A stretch of DNA of 64,000 nucleotides from Kiritimatiellia bacterium (GTDB lineage: Bacteria; Verrucomicrobiota; Kiritimatiellia; CAIVKH01). The first letter of the stretch is position 1, and the number at the start of each line of letters is the position of its first letter. Made by a program: the position numbers and the translations under genes. Shown here in pieces: positions 1 to 9,160 of this stretch. The DNA is taken from assembly GCA_025054615.1 (NCBI GenBank), contig JANWZO010000006.1, positions 7,596 through 71,595 of the forward strand, in the 5' to 3' direction. A model generated the notes under the pieces. It made no database searches and had not been told where the DNA came from. It saw only the letters and a program-made list of their open reading frames with translations.

Positions 1-230
1 TTTCGTAAACTGAGGCGCGCGATCCGGTCGATTTCGCGGGGCGATTTTTCCGGAAAGACCTGCGCGATCCGGCGCCGGGCTTCGCGTGGCCGAGCGGGGA
101 AGAGCCTGTAGGCGATCGCGGCCACAGCGGCCGCCGCGGCATATGCTGCCCACAGGGGCAGGGCGTTTAGGACGGCCTCGAATGACCGGAAAAATGCGTA
201 CTCGAGGCGGTGTCGAAATCGGACCGCCAT
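1..230 (-). CDS. Partial (N-terminal part only; runs off window start) lipid A biosynthesis lauroyl/myristoyl acyltransferase-like protein (LpxL/HtrB or lysophospholipid acyltransferase family)
   Basis: Reverse-complement translation from ATG at 230..228 gives MAVRFRHRLEYAFFRSFEAVLNALPLWAAYAAAAAVAAIAYRLFPARPREARRRIAQVFPEKSPREIDRIARLSLR, which resembles N-termini of LpxL/LpxM-type acyltransferases (FRHRLEYALFR..LP motif). No stop is reached before position 1. It is not in the ORF track because it is truncated. Confidence 0.4.
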   Translation of the reverse strand, partial: MAVRFRHRLEYAFFRSFEAVLNALPLWAAYAAAAAVAAIAYRLFPARPREARRRIAQVFPEKSPREIDRIARLSLR

Positions 231-245
231 GCCGGCCGCCCTGAA

Positions 246-455
246 TTAGGCGGATTTCGGGGCAAAACGCTTCGCCGTCTTCTTCGGATGGCGCAGCAGG
301 GTGCGCAACGCTTTTGAATCCATCTTGGCTGCTTGTTCCGGCGGCACGCCAAGCGCGACGACGCGCTTGATGTGCACTTTGCGACGGCGCCGCTTTTCGC
401 CCTCGCTCTTGCGCTTCCGTCGAAGGTGCTTGTTCCGTATGTGTTTGACCGGCAT
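246..455 (-). CDS. Hypothetical small, highly basic (Lys/Arg-rich) protein, about 69 aa
   Basis: Internal ATG (MPVKHIRNKHLRRKRKSEGEKRRRRKVHIKRVVALGVPPEQAAKMD...) of the ORF 246..587. Third-codon positions are GC-rich, consistent with real coding in this genome. No family recognised. Confidence 0.3.
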   Translation of the reverse strand: MPVKHIRNKHLRRKRKSEGEKRRRRKVHIKRVVALGVPPEQAAKMDSKALRTLLRHPKKTAKRFAPKSA

Positions 456-513
456 GGTGCGTTCCTCGAATCGCGTTGAAGAGGGCGCTAAATACACGTT
501 TCGGCCGGCCGAT

Positions 514-1791
514 TCAACCGTGAAGATGATCGCGGGGAATTTCCCGCCCCTGCGGATCACGCGAGGGATGAGATAGGTCACGGTCAAGCGATTCGCGAAG
601 CCCAGGCGGCGTCACATGTTCCAACCGTTCCGAAGCAATGTGCGCCTGGTCCGTTGGAACCTTCGCGCGGTTCACGAGGAAGGTCTCCCACAATCGGTGC
701 GAACGAATCAGCGCCCGCGCCTGAATCAACCCTTCTTCCGTCAAACGCCAACCGCGGGCATCCTGCGAAATCCACCCTCGCCGGCGCAGCCGACCCAGCC
801 AAAATGCGGAAGGTGCTTGCGCAGCATGCGCACCCCGCTCTTCTCGCCGGTACAGCGATGCCAGCGCGTCCTCCAAGCCGATCCGATATCTCAGGCGTGC
901 CGCGCGCACTGATCGGACCACCAGCCCATACTCTGGCGAAAAGAACAGAGCCAGACCAAACAGGAGGCCGGCGGCGACGGCAGCCATCCCGGCCGAGTTG
1001 GTGTCGCGAAAGCCCGCGAGTTTGGGCAGCTCCAGCGCACCCAGATGCCCCAGCCATACCGAGGCCGCCGCGAGCAACACGCTGAGGCCCATCATGGGCC
1101 CAAAACGCGAGGTGATAAGCCGGGCGGTTGCCGCGGGCACGACCAACAGGGCAACAACCAGGATGCTGCCCACCGTCTCGAAACCGGCAACCGCAACCAA
1201 GGCTCCAAGGGCCGCCACGACCTGATCCATGACACGCGGGCGGAACCCTTGAATCGCCGCGGTGGTCGGGTCAAACGCGCTGATTAGAAATTCCTTGTGC
1301 AACAGCGCACAGACGCCCGCGACCATCACCGCGGCGCCGGCGTTGACCAAAAAGGCACGAGGCACGGCAACTCCGCCGACCTTCACCGTCTCGAGCGGCG
1401 TCAATTCCAGCGCGCCATACAAAACGCAGGAGGGATCCAGATCGACGCGATCGGCCACCCGGACCATCAGAACGAGTCCGAACGCGAACAACGTCGTAAA
1501 AACGATCCCCAGCGACGCATGTTCCTCGACCCGACCGACAGCCGAAATCCATCGGGCGAGAACTGACGTCGCCAGGGCGGCGAGGACCGCGCCTAGCAAC
1601 ATCGGGAAGGTGTCCCGGCTGCCCGTTATAAGGAACGCCACCGCAAGGCCCGGGAGGGCGGCATGTGTAATAGCGTCCCCCAGCATCGCCATTCGCCGGA
1701 CGAGCAGCAGCGAACCAACCATGGCGCACGAAATCGCCGTCAGCGTGGCAGTCGACGCCATCCAAAAGTCGATGGATTGCCAGGGCGTCAT
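514..1791 (-). CDS. Metal (Mn/Zn/Fe) ABC transporter permease, ABC-3 family, fused to a C-terminal DtxR-like repressor domain (YtgC-YtgR-like)
   Basis: N-terminal ~300 aa is a multi-TM ABC-3 permease (TroC/MntB/ZnuB-like). The C-terminal ~120 aa (..WRLTEEGLIQARALIRSHRLWETFLV...ASERLEHV...DPQGREIP) matches the HTH, dimerisation and metal-site region of DtxR/MntR. Overlaps the upstream permease by 4 nt. Confidence 0.85.
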   Translation of the reverse strand: MTPWQSIDFWMASTATLTAISCAMVGSLLLVRRMAMLGDAITHAALPGLAVAFLITGSRDTFPMLLGAVLAALATSVLARWISAVGRVEEHASLGIVFTTLFAFGLVLMVRVADRVDLDPSCVLYGALELTPLETVKVGGVAVPRAFLVNAGAAVMVAGVCALLHKEFLISAFDPTTAAIQGFRPRVMDQVVAALGALVAVAGFETVGSILVVALLVVPAATARLITSRFGPMMGLSVLLAAASVWLGHLGALELPKLAGFRDTNSAGMAAVAAGLLFGLALFFSPEYGLVVRSVRAARLRYRIGLEDALASLYRREERGAHAAQAPSAFWLGRLRRRGWISQDARGWRLTEEGLIQARALIRSHRLWETFLVNRAKVPTDQAHIASERLEHVTPPGLRESLDRDLSHPSRDPQGREIPRDHLHG

Positions 1792-3242
1792 TCCTGTCTC
1801 GCGCCCGGTTTCAAGGGATGGGGGCTTGGCGGCGTTGCGCCGTGTTGCCGGTTCTCCAGAGCATGCTCGAGCTCACTTGCCATGTCGGGCGACAGGAGAT
1901 GCTCCAGTTCATCGGCTGTGCGGTCGGCATGGTCAGGGGCGACGGACGCGTGGCGCACTAAAAAATATTCCCAGAGGCGGTGCAGGCGCACGACCCGCTC
2001 TGCCGAGCGCCGGCCCGCCGGCGTCAACCCCCATCGATCTCCAATACGCTCGACCGCCCCCTCCCGGCCGAGCCGCTCCAGAACTGAACGAATCCGGCGG
2101 CTCGATCCGCCGCGAATCTCTCGAAAGTCCGAGACGGCCATGCGCACCGCGCCGCCTGCATGCTCTTCCGCCTCCCACAGCGTGCGAAGCGCGTGTTCCT
2201 GCCAAATCCGTCGCTCGAAGCGCATCTGTTGCAGGGCGCGGACCAGAAGCCCGCGCGAGGCGCCACAAACCAGACTCGCAAAAAAAATGGCGGCCGCCGC
2301 GAGAACAACAACTGCGCCCGTCGGCCAATCGGGGGCAACCGCACTCCACAGCGCCCCCGCCGCGCCGGAAACGGCGCCAAATCCCGCGGAAATCCATACC
2401 ATCGGCGCAAGAGAATCGCTCCAACATCGCGCCGCCGCGGCCGGAATGACGAGGAGCGCCACCACCAGAATCAGCCCTACCGCCTGCAATCCGACAATAG
2501 TAACCGCGGCAGCCGCCGTCATGAGCAGAGCGTCCAACAGGCGCACCGGCCACCCTTGGACGTGCGCGAAATTGGGGTCGAAGCAAAGGGCCCGCAGCTC
2601 CTTGAACACGAGGGCAACGACCCCTGCGATCGCGGCCGCCGTCGCGGCGATCCGCCAACCATCAGCCGCCCGCATCGCCGCCGCCCGTCCCAGAATGTAC
2701 GACTCCAAACCTGCTGCGGAGGCTCCGTCCATCTGCTGGATCAGTCCCAACATCGACACGCCCAACCCGAAAAACACACTGAGGACGATCGCCAGCGCCG
2801 CATCATCCGAAAGCGGCGTCAGCCGCCGTATGCTCTGAATAAGACCTGCCCCCGCCAAAGCCGCGAGCGCCGCCCCGGCAGTCAACAGCGGCGCGCTCTT
2901 TCCGCCCCAACCCATCGCCGTTCCCAACAGAAACGCCCCGGCGATTCCCGGCAAGGTGGCGTGGCTGAGCGCATCACCCAAAAGCGCCTTGCGCCGCAAG
3001 ACAAGGAAAGCGCCCACCGTCCCGCACGCGGCGCCGAGGGCCGCGACGCCCGCCGTCACCACGCGAACGTTATAAGTCAACAGGCGACCAGGTTCATTCC
3101 CGGCATCGCCCAAGATCGCAGGCGCGCCGAACGCCGCCCCGCAAACGGCAAATGCGAGGCAACCCGCTGCCGCCGCGAAGAGAACCACCACGCCCGTCGC
3201 TCGTCGGAGGCTCCACCTGAAATGGGCTGTGGCTTGATTCAT
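1788..3242 (-). CDS. Metal ABC transporter permease, ABC-3 family, fused to a C-terminal DtxR-like domain (second YtgCR-like fusion)
   Basis: Multi-TM permease followed by ...[45 protein letters not shown]...ADELEHLL..., a DtxR-like winged helix plus dimerisation domain. Overlaps the ATPase gene by 4 nt. Confidence 0.85.
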   Translation of the reverse strand: MNQATAHFRWSLRRATGVVVLFAAAAGCLAFAVCGAAFGAPAILGDAGNEPGRLLTYNVRVVTAGVAALGAACGTVGAFLVLRRKALLGDALSHATLPGIAGAFLLGTAMGWGGKSAPLLTAGAALAALAGAGLIQSIRRLTPLSDDAALAIVLSVFFGLGVSMLGLIQQMDGASAAGLESYILGRAAAMRAADGWRIAATAAAIAGVVALVFKELRALCFDPNFAHVQGWPVRLLDALLMTAAAAVTIVGLQAVGLILVVALLVIPAAAARCWSDSLAPMVWISAGFGAVSGAAGALWSAVAPDWPTGAVVVLAAAAIFFASLVCGASRGLLVRALQQMRFERRIWQEHALRTLWEAEEHAGGAVRMAVSDFREIRGGSSRRIRSVLERLGREGAVERIGDRWGLTPAGRRSAERVVRLHRLWEYFLVRHASVAPDHADRTADELEHLLSPDMASELEHALENRQHGATPPSPHPLKPGARQE

Positions 3243-4075
3243 GGTTCACGTTCTGCCGATCTCGCGACCGCCTGTGCCGCCTCTTCCAGCAGCGTCAGCC
3301 GCCCGCCATATGTGCTGTGCAGGTTCTCGCGCGTCAGCACGTCGCTGACCGGCCCGGCCGCGACCACCCGAGTGTTCAAGAGGATCACCTCATCGAAATA
3401 CTCCTGAACCGTCTGCAGGTCATGATGCACTACGACCAACGTCCTGCCCGCATCCCGCAAATCGCGCATCAGGCGAAACACCATTTCCTCGGTGGCGGCG
3501 TCGACGCCCGCCATCGGCTCGTCCATGAAATAAATCCGGGCGTCCTGAACGAGGGCGCGAGCCAGAAACACCCGCTGTTGCTGCCCGCCAGAAAGTCGGC
3601 TGATATGCCGTTTCGCAAAGGCCTCCATCCCCACTCGCGCCAAAGCCTCCATCGCGCGGTCGCGGTGGATTTTCCGGACCCTCCGAAACCAACCGATCTC
3701 GCGATAGAGGCCCATCGCCACCACGTCGAGCGCGCTCACGGGAAAGTCCCAATCGACCGTTTCACGCTGGGGCACGTACCCAATGATCCCCCGCTGCTCA
3801 GCCAGCGGTCGGCCGAAAATCCGGATTTCACCCGAGGCGACTGGCACGAGCTCGAGGATCGCCTTCATCAGGGTGCTCTTGCCCGCGCCGTTGGGTCCGA
3901 CAATCGCAACCATTTTTTGCGGCGGAATATCGAGATCCACATCCCAGAGCACCGGTTTTCGGTGGTACGCCACGGTCAGATCATGGATGCAAACCGCCGC
4001 ATCACGAGAATGTTCCGGCCCGGCCGGAGCCGAAGCTCGTCTCCAGGGCCCGATCAAGGGCGCCCCTCCTTCCAA
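3239..4075 (-). CDS. Metal ABC transporter ATP-binding protein (ZnuC/MntA/TroB-like)
   Basis: Walker [18 protein letters not shown] signature [15 protein letters not shown], Walker B YFMDEP. Start codon uncertain; the long ORF overlaps the SBP gene by 22 nt. Confidence 0.9.
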   Translation of the reverse strand: MEGGAPLIGPWRRASAPAGPEHSRDAAVCIHDLTVAYHRKPVLWDVDLDIPPQKMVAIVGPNGAGKSTLMKAILELVPVASGEIRIFGRPLAEQRGIIGYVPQRETVDWDFPVSALDVVAMGLYREIGWFRRVRKIHRDRAMEALARVGMEAFAKRHISRLSGGQQQRVFLARALVQDARIYFMDEPMAGVDAATEEMVFRLMRDLRDAGRTLVVVHHDLQTVQEYFDEVILLNTRVVAAGPVSDVLTRENLHSTYGGRLTLLEEAAQAVARSAEREP

Positions 4076-5013
4076 CCGCGAAAACCGCTCGGCGGCGGCG
4101 CTCCGCCCAGCGCGCGCGCAATCGATGTAACATTGTGGTCGATCATGCCGATGTACGTCCCCTCGTAGGTTCCATCCGGCCCCATCGCATCGGAGTATAG
4201 GGCCGGACCGAGCGCAACCGCGTGCCCTCGGGCCGACGCCCCTTCAATGAGGGCCAGAACATTTCGATCGGAAACGCTCGTCTCTACAAACACGGCCGGA
4301 ACGCGCCGCTCGACCAACGTGTCCACCAGCTTTCCGATCCGTTCCAACCCTGCCTCGGATTCCGTCGACACGCCTTGTATGCCAACCACCTCGAATCCGT
4401 ATGCGCGCCCAAAGTAATGGAAGGCATCGTGCGCGGTAACCAGCAGACGGGCCGAGGACGGCACTGTGGAGAGCACCTCCTGTGCATATTCATCGAGTTC
4501 TCTCAACTGCTCATGATAGGCGGCTGCGCGTTCCGCGTACCTTGGCGCCCGCGCTGGATCAAACCTCGACAGACTACGCTCGACGACCCCTGCCGCCTCC
4601 ATCCATAAGGACACGTCCATCCACGCGTGAGGATCCGGAACCCCTTCGTGAACCAACATCCGCTCCGGCAGCAGCGTCTCGACCACGGCAATCACGTTCC
4701 GACCGTCGCGCGCCATTCGCTCCAGCACATCGGCGAGTCGGCCTTCCAATTTGAAGCCGCAGTAGAAGACAGCCTCCGCCGCCATCAGCGCGGCAATATC
4801 GCTCCGCGTAGGCCGATAGAGGTGCGGGTCAATGCCGCTTCCGATCAGTTGCGTTACTTCAACGTCCTCTCCCCCTATCTGCCGAACGAGATCCGCGACC
4901 ATCCCCACTGTGGCCACCACTCGCAGCCGCGGAACGTCTTCCGACGCAACCACCGTTGCCGCAAGAAAAAACAAAAGGGATCCAAACAATGACCGCAAAT
5001 TTTGCACTTTCAA
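4054..5013 (-). CDS. Metal ABC transporter substrate-binding protein (cluster A-I, TroA/ZnuA/MntC-like) with N-terminal signal peptide
   Basis: Signal peptide ([16 protein letters not shown]), TroA-like fold motifs, and position as the first gene of the permease/ATPase operon. Confidence 0.85.
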   Translation of the reverse strand: MKVQNLRSLFGSLLFFLAATVVASEDVPRLRVVATVGMVADLVRQIGGEDVEVTQLIGSGIDPHLYRPTRSDIAALMAAEAVFYCGFKLEGRLADVLERMARDGRNVIAVVETLLPERMLVHEGVPDPHAWMDVSLWMEAAGVVERSLSRFDPARAPRYAERAAAYHEQLRELDEYAQEVLSTVPSSARLLVTAHDAFHYFGRAYGFEVVGIQGVSTESEAGLERIGKLVDTLVERRVPAVFVETSVSDRNVLALIEGASARGHAVALGPALYSDAMGPDGTYEGTYIGMIDHNVTSIARALGGAPPPSGFRGWKEGRP

Positions 5014-5020
5014 ATTTATG

Positions 5021-5038
5021 ATTTTGAATATTCAAAAT
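5021..5038. promoter_or_regulatory. 18-bp perfect palindrome ATTTTGAATATTCAAAAT in the divergent promoter region between the metal-ABC operon and the DtxR gene; candidate DtxR/MntR-type operator
   Basis: Seen directly: the sequence equals its own reverse complement. It lies in a locally AT-rich 95-bp intergenic region flanked by divergent metal-homeostasis genes. Confidence 0.5.
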
Positions 5039-5110
5039 ACGTGTTGCGCTGTTCATGTCAATCGGACTTTTTTATGCTACTTTCAAAGCGCGACCGGTGA
5101 AACCTGAGCG

Positions 5111-5773
5111 ATGCCGAGCAGCACCGTAGAGGATTACATAAAGCGGCTCTATACCGAGCAAAAGAAGACGCCGGGCGAGCTGGTTCCCATGGGCCGGCTC
5201 GCGGAAGTCATGGCCGTGGTGCCCGGCACAGTGACGACCATGATTAAGGCGCTCTCGGACTCTGGACTCGTCGAATACGAGCCGCGCGCCGGCGTTCGAC
5301 TCACGCCACAAGGCGAGCGGCTCGCCTTGCATGTCCTTCGCCGCCATCGGTTGGTGGAACTTTTCCTCGTGCGCACCCTCGGGTTGGATTGGTCGGAGGT
5401 TCATGCCGAGGCGGAAACGCTCGAGCATGCGATTTCAGAAAAAGTGCTCGAACGCATCGATGCCCTTCTTGGGTTTCCGGACTGCGATCCGCATGGGTCG
5501 CCCATCCCTACTGCCGATGGCGAGGTCGCGCCGGAACATACGTTTTCACTCGCGTCCGCAGTAGAGGGGCAGCGCTATCGCATCGACCGTGTATGCGATG
5601 CGGAATCGGAGTTTCTCCAATTCGCGGAGCGAGCCGGGCTTGTGCCCGGGGCCCACGTGCGAATCCTGCGCGCCGACTTGCCCGCCGATGCGGTAACCGT
5701 GGACGTCGAGGGTCGCGGTACCTCCACAATGGGGCTGGGCGCGGCGCGCCGCATCTTTCTTTCCCCGGTTTAG
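5111..5773 (+). CDS. DtxR/MntR-family metal-dependent transcriptional regulator with C-terminal FeoA/SH3-like domain
   Basis: HTH (LAEVMAVVPGTVTTMIKALSDSGLV), dimerisation/metal site (RRHRLVELFLV...HAEAETLEHAI...DCDPHGSPIP), and C-terminal SH3-like segment (GQRYRIDRV...GLVPGAHVRIL). Confidence 0.9.
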   Translation: MPSSTVEDYIKRLYTEQKKTPGELVPMGRLAEVMAVVPGTVTTMIKALSDSGLVEYEPRAGVRLTPQGERLALHVLRRHRLVELFLVRTLGLDWSEVHAEAETLEHAISEKVLERIDALLGFPDCDPHGSPIPTADGEVAPEHTFSLASAVEGQRYRIDRVCDAESEFLQFAERAGLVPGAHVRILRADLPADAVTVDVEGRGTSTMGLGAARRIFLSPV

Positions 5774-5971
5774 CGGCCAGATGTCAGCGGTTCTAACTCA
5801 GGGACCGTTCGCCAATTTCCATTCCCTGTAAAAAAAATTTTTAGGGCTTCCATGCTGTGTAAATTTCGCTTCATGGAAGTGGCGGCGCACCACGCCCAAG
5901 GACAAGGCGGCGAGACTCGAAAGCCGATCCAATCGCAGGCGGGCCGAATTTTTGAATCGGACTGCGCCGAG

Positions 5972-7174
5972 CTAATTGTCCGCCCCGCCGACGACCCCGG
6001 CAAGGGTCACATTGCCGTCCGAATTCGCGGTGAGCAGCCGCAAACCGGCTGGCGTCTGAAAAACAACGAGGTCGTTTGGAGGCGCCGACACCAGCAATCG
6101 ATCGAGAAGAGCCGGCTTTGACGGGTCAGTCACATCCAGCATGACGATACGGTCCGTCCTTGCGCAGGCGACCCAGGCCCATACGCGAGAGCCGCTGCGC
6201 AGCAAAGCCAAGGTATGCGGGTCCCGGTCTTTGCGCGGCCGATTTTCCCGAACCAGCGGCCGAATGTCCACCCTCGCGGCGCGTTCCGCCGCCGGAATGC
6301 CTCCAGCGAGGGTCACACGGTAAAAGCTGACCATCTGGGCCTTCTGTTCGGCGACGCCCAGCAAGAGCGAGTTATCTGGTAGGTTTACCAGCGCCATTCC
6401 AGTAGGCCCGCTGCCTTTCGGCAGCCGCAAGATCCCGGCCCACTGAGGTCCGCTTTTATCGAAATTCATCCATACGATAGTATCGGCCGTGGGGACGGAG
6501 ACCGCGGCGAGCCGGCCCAGCGGGTCGACTGCGACGAATTCCGGTTCGTGTCGGCTAAGCGACTGTCCCAGCATCGAGGCAAGACCGGATAATTCCCGAT
6601 ACGGGATTTCCTGGAGGCGATTTTGTTCCCAGCCCTCAAGGTTTCTAAGATCAAACACGCCGACGGAGCCCTCGGTGCGGCGATTGTCGGCTCCGCTGTT
6701 TGCGACGATGGCCCACGCCCCATCCGGCGTAATCGCAACATGGGCTGGGGCGAACCCCACAAGTTGAGACCGCAACAGGCGGCCGGGAGACCGCTCGCGT
6801 AGGTCCAAAAAAAGAGCCTCCCCGCGAGATGCGGCGTCGTTGGGGCGACTCAGGGCGATCGCCAGCGGATGAAAGGGGTGGACGGCCACAGCGACTGCCC
6901 TTCCGGGAACGGGGATGGCTGCCGTGGGATCCGTTGGGGGAAAGGCATCGATTTTTTCGAAACGGGAGGAATCCCAATCAGGACGCAGGAGGTGGATTTC
7001 GCGGGCTGACGGGGCGGCCACTAGGACATAGTTCGGTCCGGGCGCCACGGCGAGTCGGTCCATTCCCGGCCCACCCGCGCGGTAGTCGAAGAGATGGGCC
7101 ATGATCGAGTCGGCTCTCGACGAGGCGGCAAGGCCGGCCAGCACAATCATGGCGAGGAAACAAGTCCGTTTCAT
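5972..7174 (-). CDS. Secreted beta-propeller repeat protein (signal peptide; YVTN/LVIVD-like repeats); function unknown
   Basis: N-terminal signal peptide (MIVLAGLAASSRA) and repeated hydrophobic-strand segments typical of beta-propellers. Overlaps the upstream gene by 4 nt. Confidence 0.55.
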   Translation of the reverse strand: MKRTCFLAMIVLAGLAASSRADSIMAHLFDYRAGGPGMDRLAVAPGPNYVLVAAPSAREIHLLRPDWDSSRFEKIDAFPPTDPTAAIPVPGRAVAVAVHPFHPLAIALSRPNDAASRGEALFLDLRERSPGRLLRSQLVGFAPAHVAITPDGAWAIVANSGADNRRTEGSVGVFDLRNLEGWEQNRLQEIPYRELSGLASMLGQSLSRHEPEFVAVDPLGRLAAVSVPTADTIVWMNFDKSGPQWAGILRLPKGSGPTGMALVNLPDNSLLLGVAEQKAQMVSFYRVTLAGGIPAAERAARVDIRPLVRENRPRKDRDPHTLALLRSGSRVWAWVACARTDRIVMLDVTDPSKPALLDRLLVSAPPNDLVVFQTPAGLRLLTANSDGNVTLAGVVGGADN

Positions 7175-8391
7175 GGTTGGGCGGATCCCTGCGACTCAAA
7201 CATTTGGCCAGCTACTCGCTCGAGTGTTAGATCCGGGTTGCTTTCCGGCGTTCGAAAAACAGGAACGGTGAAGTGCAAATCCACGGTCGAATCCCGTTGC
7301 TTCACCGATACGCGCAAGCTCCATTCAAACGGATCGCCGGTAGGGGGAAGATCATAAGGAATGAGAAAGCGCAGAGGAATCAGCAGTCCGTCTTTGTTTG
7401 GGGTGAACGTTTTTGAATCGATATCCATCTCGAACATCCATTCCGTGACGCGCCGCGCGGCTTTCCGCCGCCGAATGAATCGACTGCATCGAAGCTCCAC
7501 GTGGACGGGACCCTCCGGCTCGATGTAGCGCTTGATGCGCACGACGCCGCTCAGGGCTCCACCGAGAATGCCGGGCCCTTTTGCGAGGACGAAATCGGCG
7601 TCGCCATACAGCCGGGCGATCCGCAAGGAGCGGAGGGCGGTTGCCAGCATCCAAACGCCGGCCACAGCGAACGCGACCAGGATGAGGATGGCCGGCCATT
7701 CGACTCGGCGACCGCCGAACAGCGCTGCAAGGACGGCCACGAAGGTGACGGCAGTCCATACAATAGCGAACAGAAGCGAGCTGGAAGCGCGCTGGCGGCT
7801 TTCACAGCGGGCGAACCCGGCCGCCCAGTCCTCCCGCCATTTCCACGGTTCATCCGGGAACTGTTGACGCAGGCGCCGCAGGGCCCCTCCTCCGAAAAGG
7901 GACCGCACGCCCCCGATCACCAGTCCAAAACCGACGGCTGCAAAAAGCCCGCCCACGCCAAACATAATCGCCTGGACCGGCAGCCGCGATTCTGCGAGCA
8001 GGACCGACTCGGACGGGTTGTCTGGATTCACGAAAGCGTTCACGGGCTCGCCGGCTTCCATCGCCGTTCGAAATCGTTCGTAGGTAGACCGGTGCCAGGA
8101 CTCGTCGCTATCCCACCCCTCTTCCCACGAGACCCGATCGCTTTCGTAATCCGAATCGTCGACGCTGTACGAATATCGGGCGGCCACACGATACATGGGC
8201 GTCCCCGATTTTGAAAAATTTGTCTGGAGCTCCACGTGGAGCAGAGTGGCTCGGACGACAGGCCAGGCAGCGGACCGCTGATATTTTTCTTCGACCTTTC
8301 CCGCCGTCTGCAGGAAGAAGTAGCCCATGACGATAAAGGGTAGCCCGACGAGCACCCACACAAATCCTCCAAATCGACCTGGCGGCTTCAT
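7171..8391 (-). CDS. Membrane protein with two DUF3592-like modules
   Basis: N-terminal TM helix followed by a DUF3592-like segment (..RATLLHVELQTN...YRVAARYSYSVDDSDYES..), then TM helices and a second similar module. Confidence 0.55.
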   Translation of the reverse strand: MKPPGRFGGFVWVLVGLPFIVMGYFFLQTAGKVEEKYQRSAAWPVVRATLLHVELQTNFSKSGTPMYRVAARYSYSVDDSDYESDRVSWEEGWDSDESWHRSTYERFRTAMEAGEPVNAFVNPDNPSESVLLAESRLPVQAIMFGVGGLFAAVGFGLVIGGVRSLFGGGALRRLRQQFPDEPWKWREDWAAGFARCESRQRASSSLLFAIVWTAVTFVAVLAALFGGRRVEWPAILILVAFAVAGVWMLATALRSLRIARLYGDADFVLAKGPGILGGALSGVVRIKRYIEPEGPVHVELRCSRFIRRRKAARRVTEWMFEMDIDSKTFTPNKDGLLIPLRFLIPYDLPPTGDPFEWSLRVSVKQRDSTVDLHFTVPVFRTPESNPDLTLERVAGQMFESQGSAQP

Positions 8392-8464
8392 GACCGGGTT
8401 TATAGCCGTCTGTCCTCAGGATGGAAAGCCGACGCGTTGCGAATCGGTTGTTGCGTGCTAGTTT

Positions 8465-9103
8465 TTGCGCGTGCAAATGAATCGAAGCCCTACCGCCTCG
8501 CCCCGCTGGTTGTGGGCCGAAGCCGTTTTCCTATTTGTGCTGTGGCCCGGCGCGGCCATTTTCATCGAAGGCGTTTCCAAGTTTCTGTTGTTTGCGATTC
8601 CTTTTTTATATGCAGGCGCCGTCTATTGGATCGTGCGGCCCGCTCTCCCACTACCCTCGTGGTCCGGCTGGAAGGGCGCGCTGGTTCGGATGGCTGCCGC
8701 GGTTCCTGTGATGGCCGCGGTCACCCTCTGGCTCGCTCCGGAGTGGTGGCTTGCATTCCCGCGGGAGCGCCCCTTGATTTGGGGGATTGTGATGGCGCTC
8801 TATCCGTTCCTGTCGGCGTGGCCGCAGGAGTTTCTGTACCGGCGCTTTTTCTTCTGGCGATACGGGCCGCTTTTCGGAAAAGCCACGCTGATGATCGCAG
8901 CGAACGCCCTGCTGTTCGCCTGGCTGCATGTGATGTACGAAAACTGGCCCGCGTTTGTGTTGAGCGCCATCGCAGGCGTCTTTTTTGCGCTGACCTACTC
9001 AAGAAGCCGGAATCTGACGCTGGTCTGGATCGAACATGCGCTCTACGGCCAGATCGCGTTCACGATGGGGCTGGGCCGATTTTTTTATGAGGGCCCCTCG
9101 TGA
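8465..9103 (+). CDS. CPBP-family intramembrane glutamic endopeptidase (CAAX protease/Abi family)
   Basis: Motif 1 EFLYRRFF, motif FxxxH (FAWLHVM), and a conserved His in the last TM (IEHALYG); multi-TM. Confidence 0.8.
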   Translation: MRVQMNRSPTASPRWLWAEAVFLFVLWPGAAIFIEGVSKFLLFAIPFLYAGAVYWIVRPALPLPSWSGWKGALVRMAAAVPVMAAVTLWLAPEWWLAFPRERPLIWGIVMALYPFLSAWPQEFLYRRFFFWRYGPLFGKATLMIAANALLFAWLHVMYENWPAFVLSAIAGVFFALTYSRSRNLTLVWIEHALYGQIAFTMGLGRFFYEGPS

Positions 9104-9160
9104 GAGCGCGCAATTCTAACCGATCGCAAACACGGCGCTTGCAAGCCTGAGGTGTAAATT

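Noticed and set aside
1262-3407. Long plus-strand ORFs (1262..2449, 1663..2838, 2160..3407) antisense to the permease/ATPase genes
   Set aside because: Arg/Pro/Ala-rich low-complexity translations typical of stop-codon-poor frames in 65%-GC DNA. They fully overlap well-supported ABC transporter genes on the opposite strand.
8437-9090. ORF 8437..9090 (217 aa) in an alternative frame over the CPBP protease gene
   Set aside because: The overlapping frame 8465..9103 carries the recognised CPBP motifs (EFLYRRFF, FAWLH, HALYG); this frame is Arg/Cys-rich nonsense.
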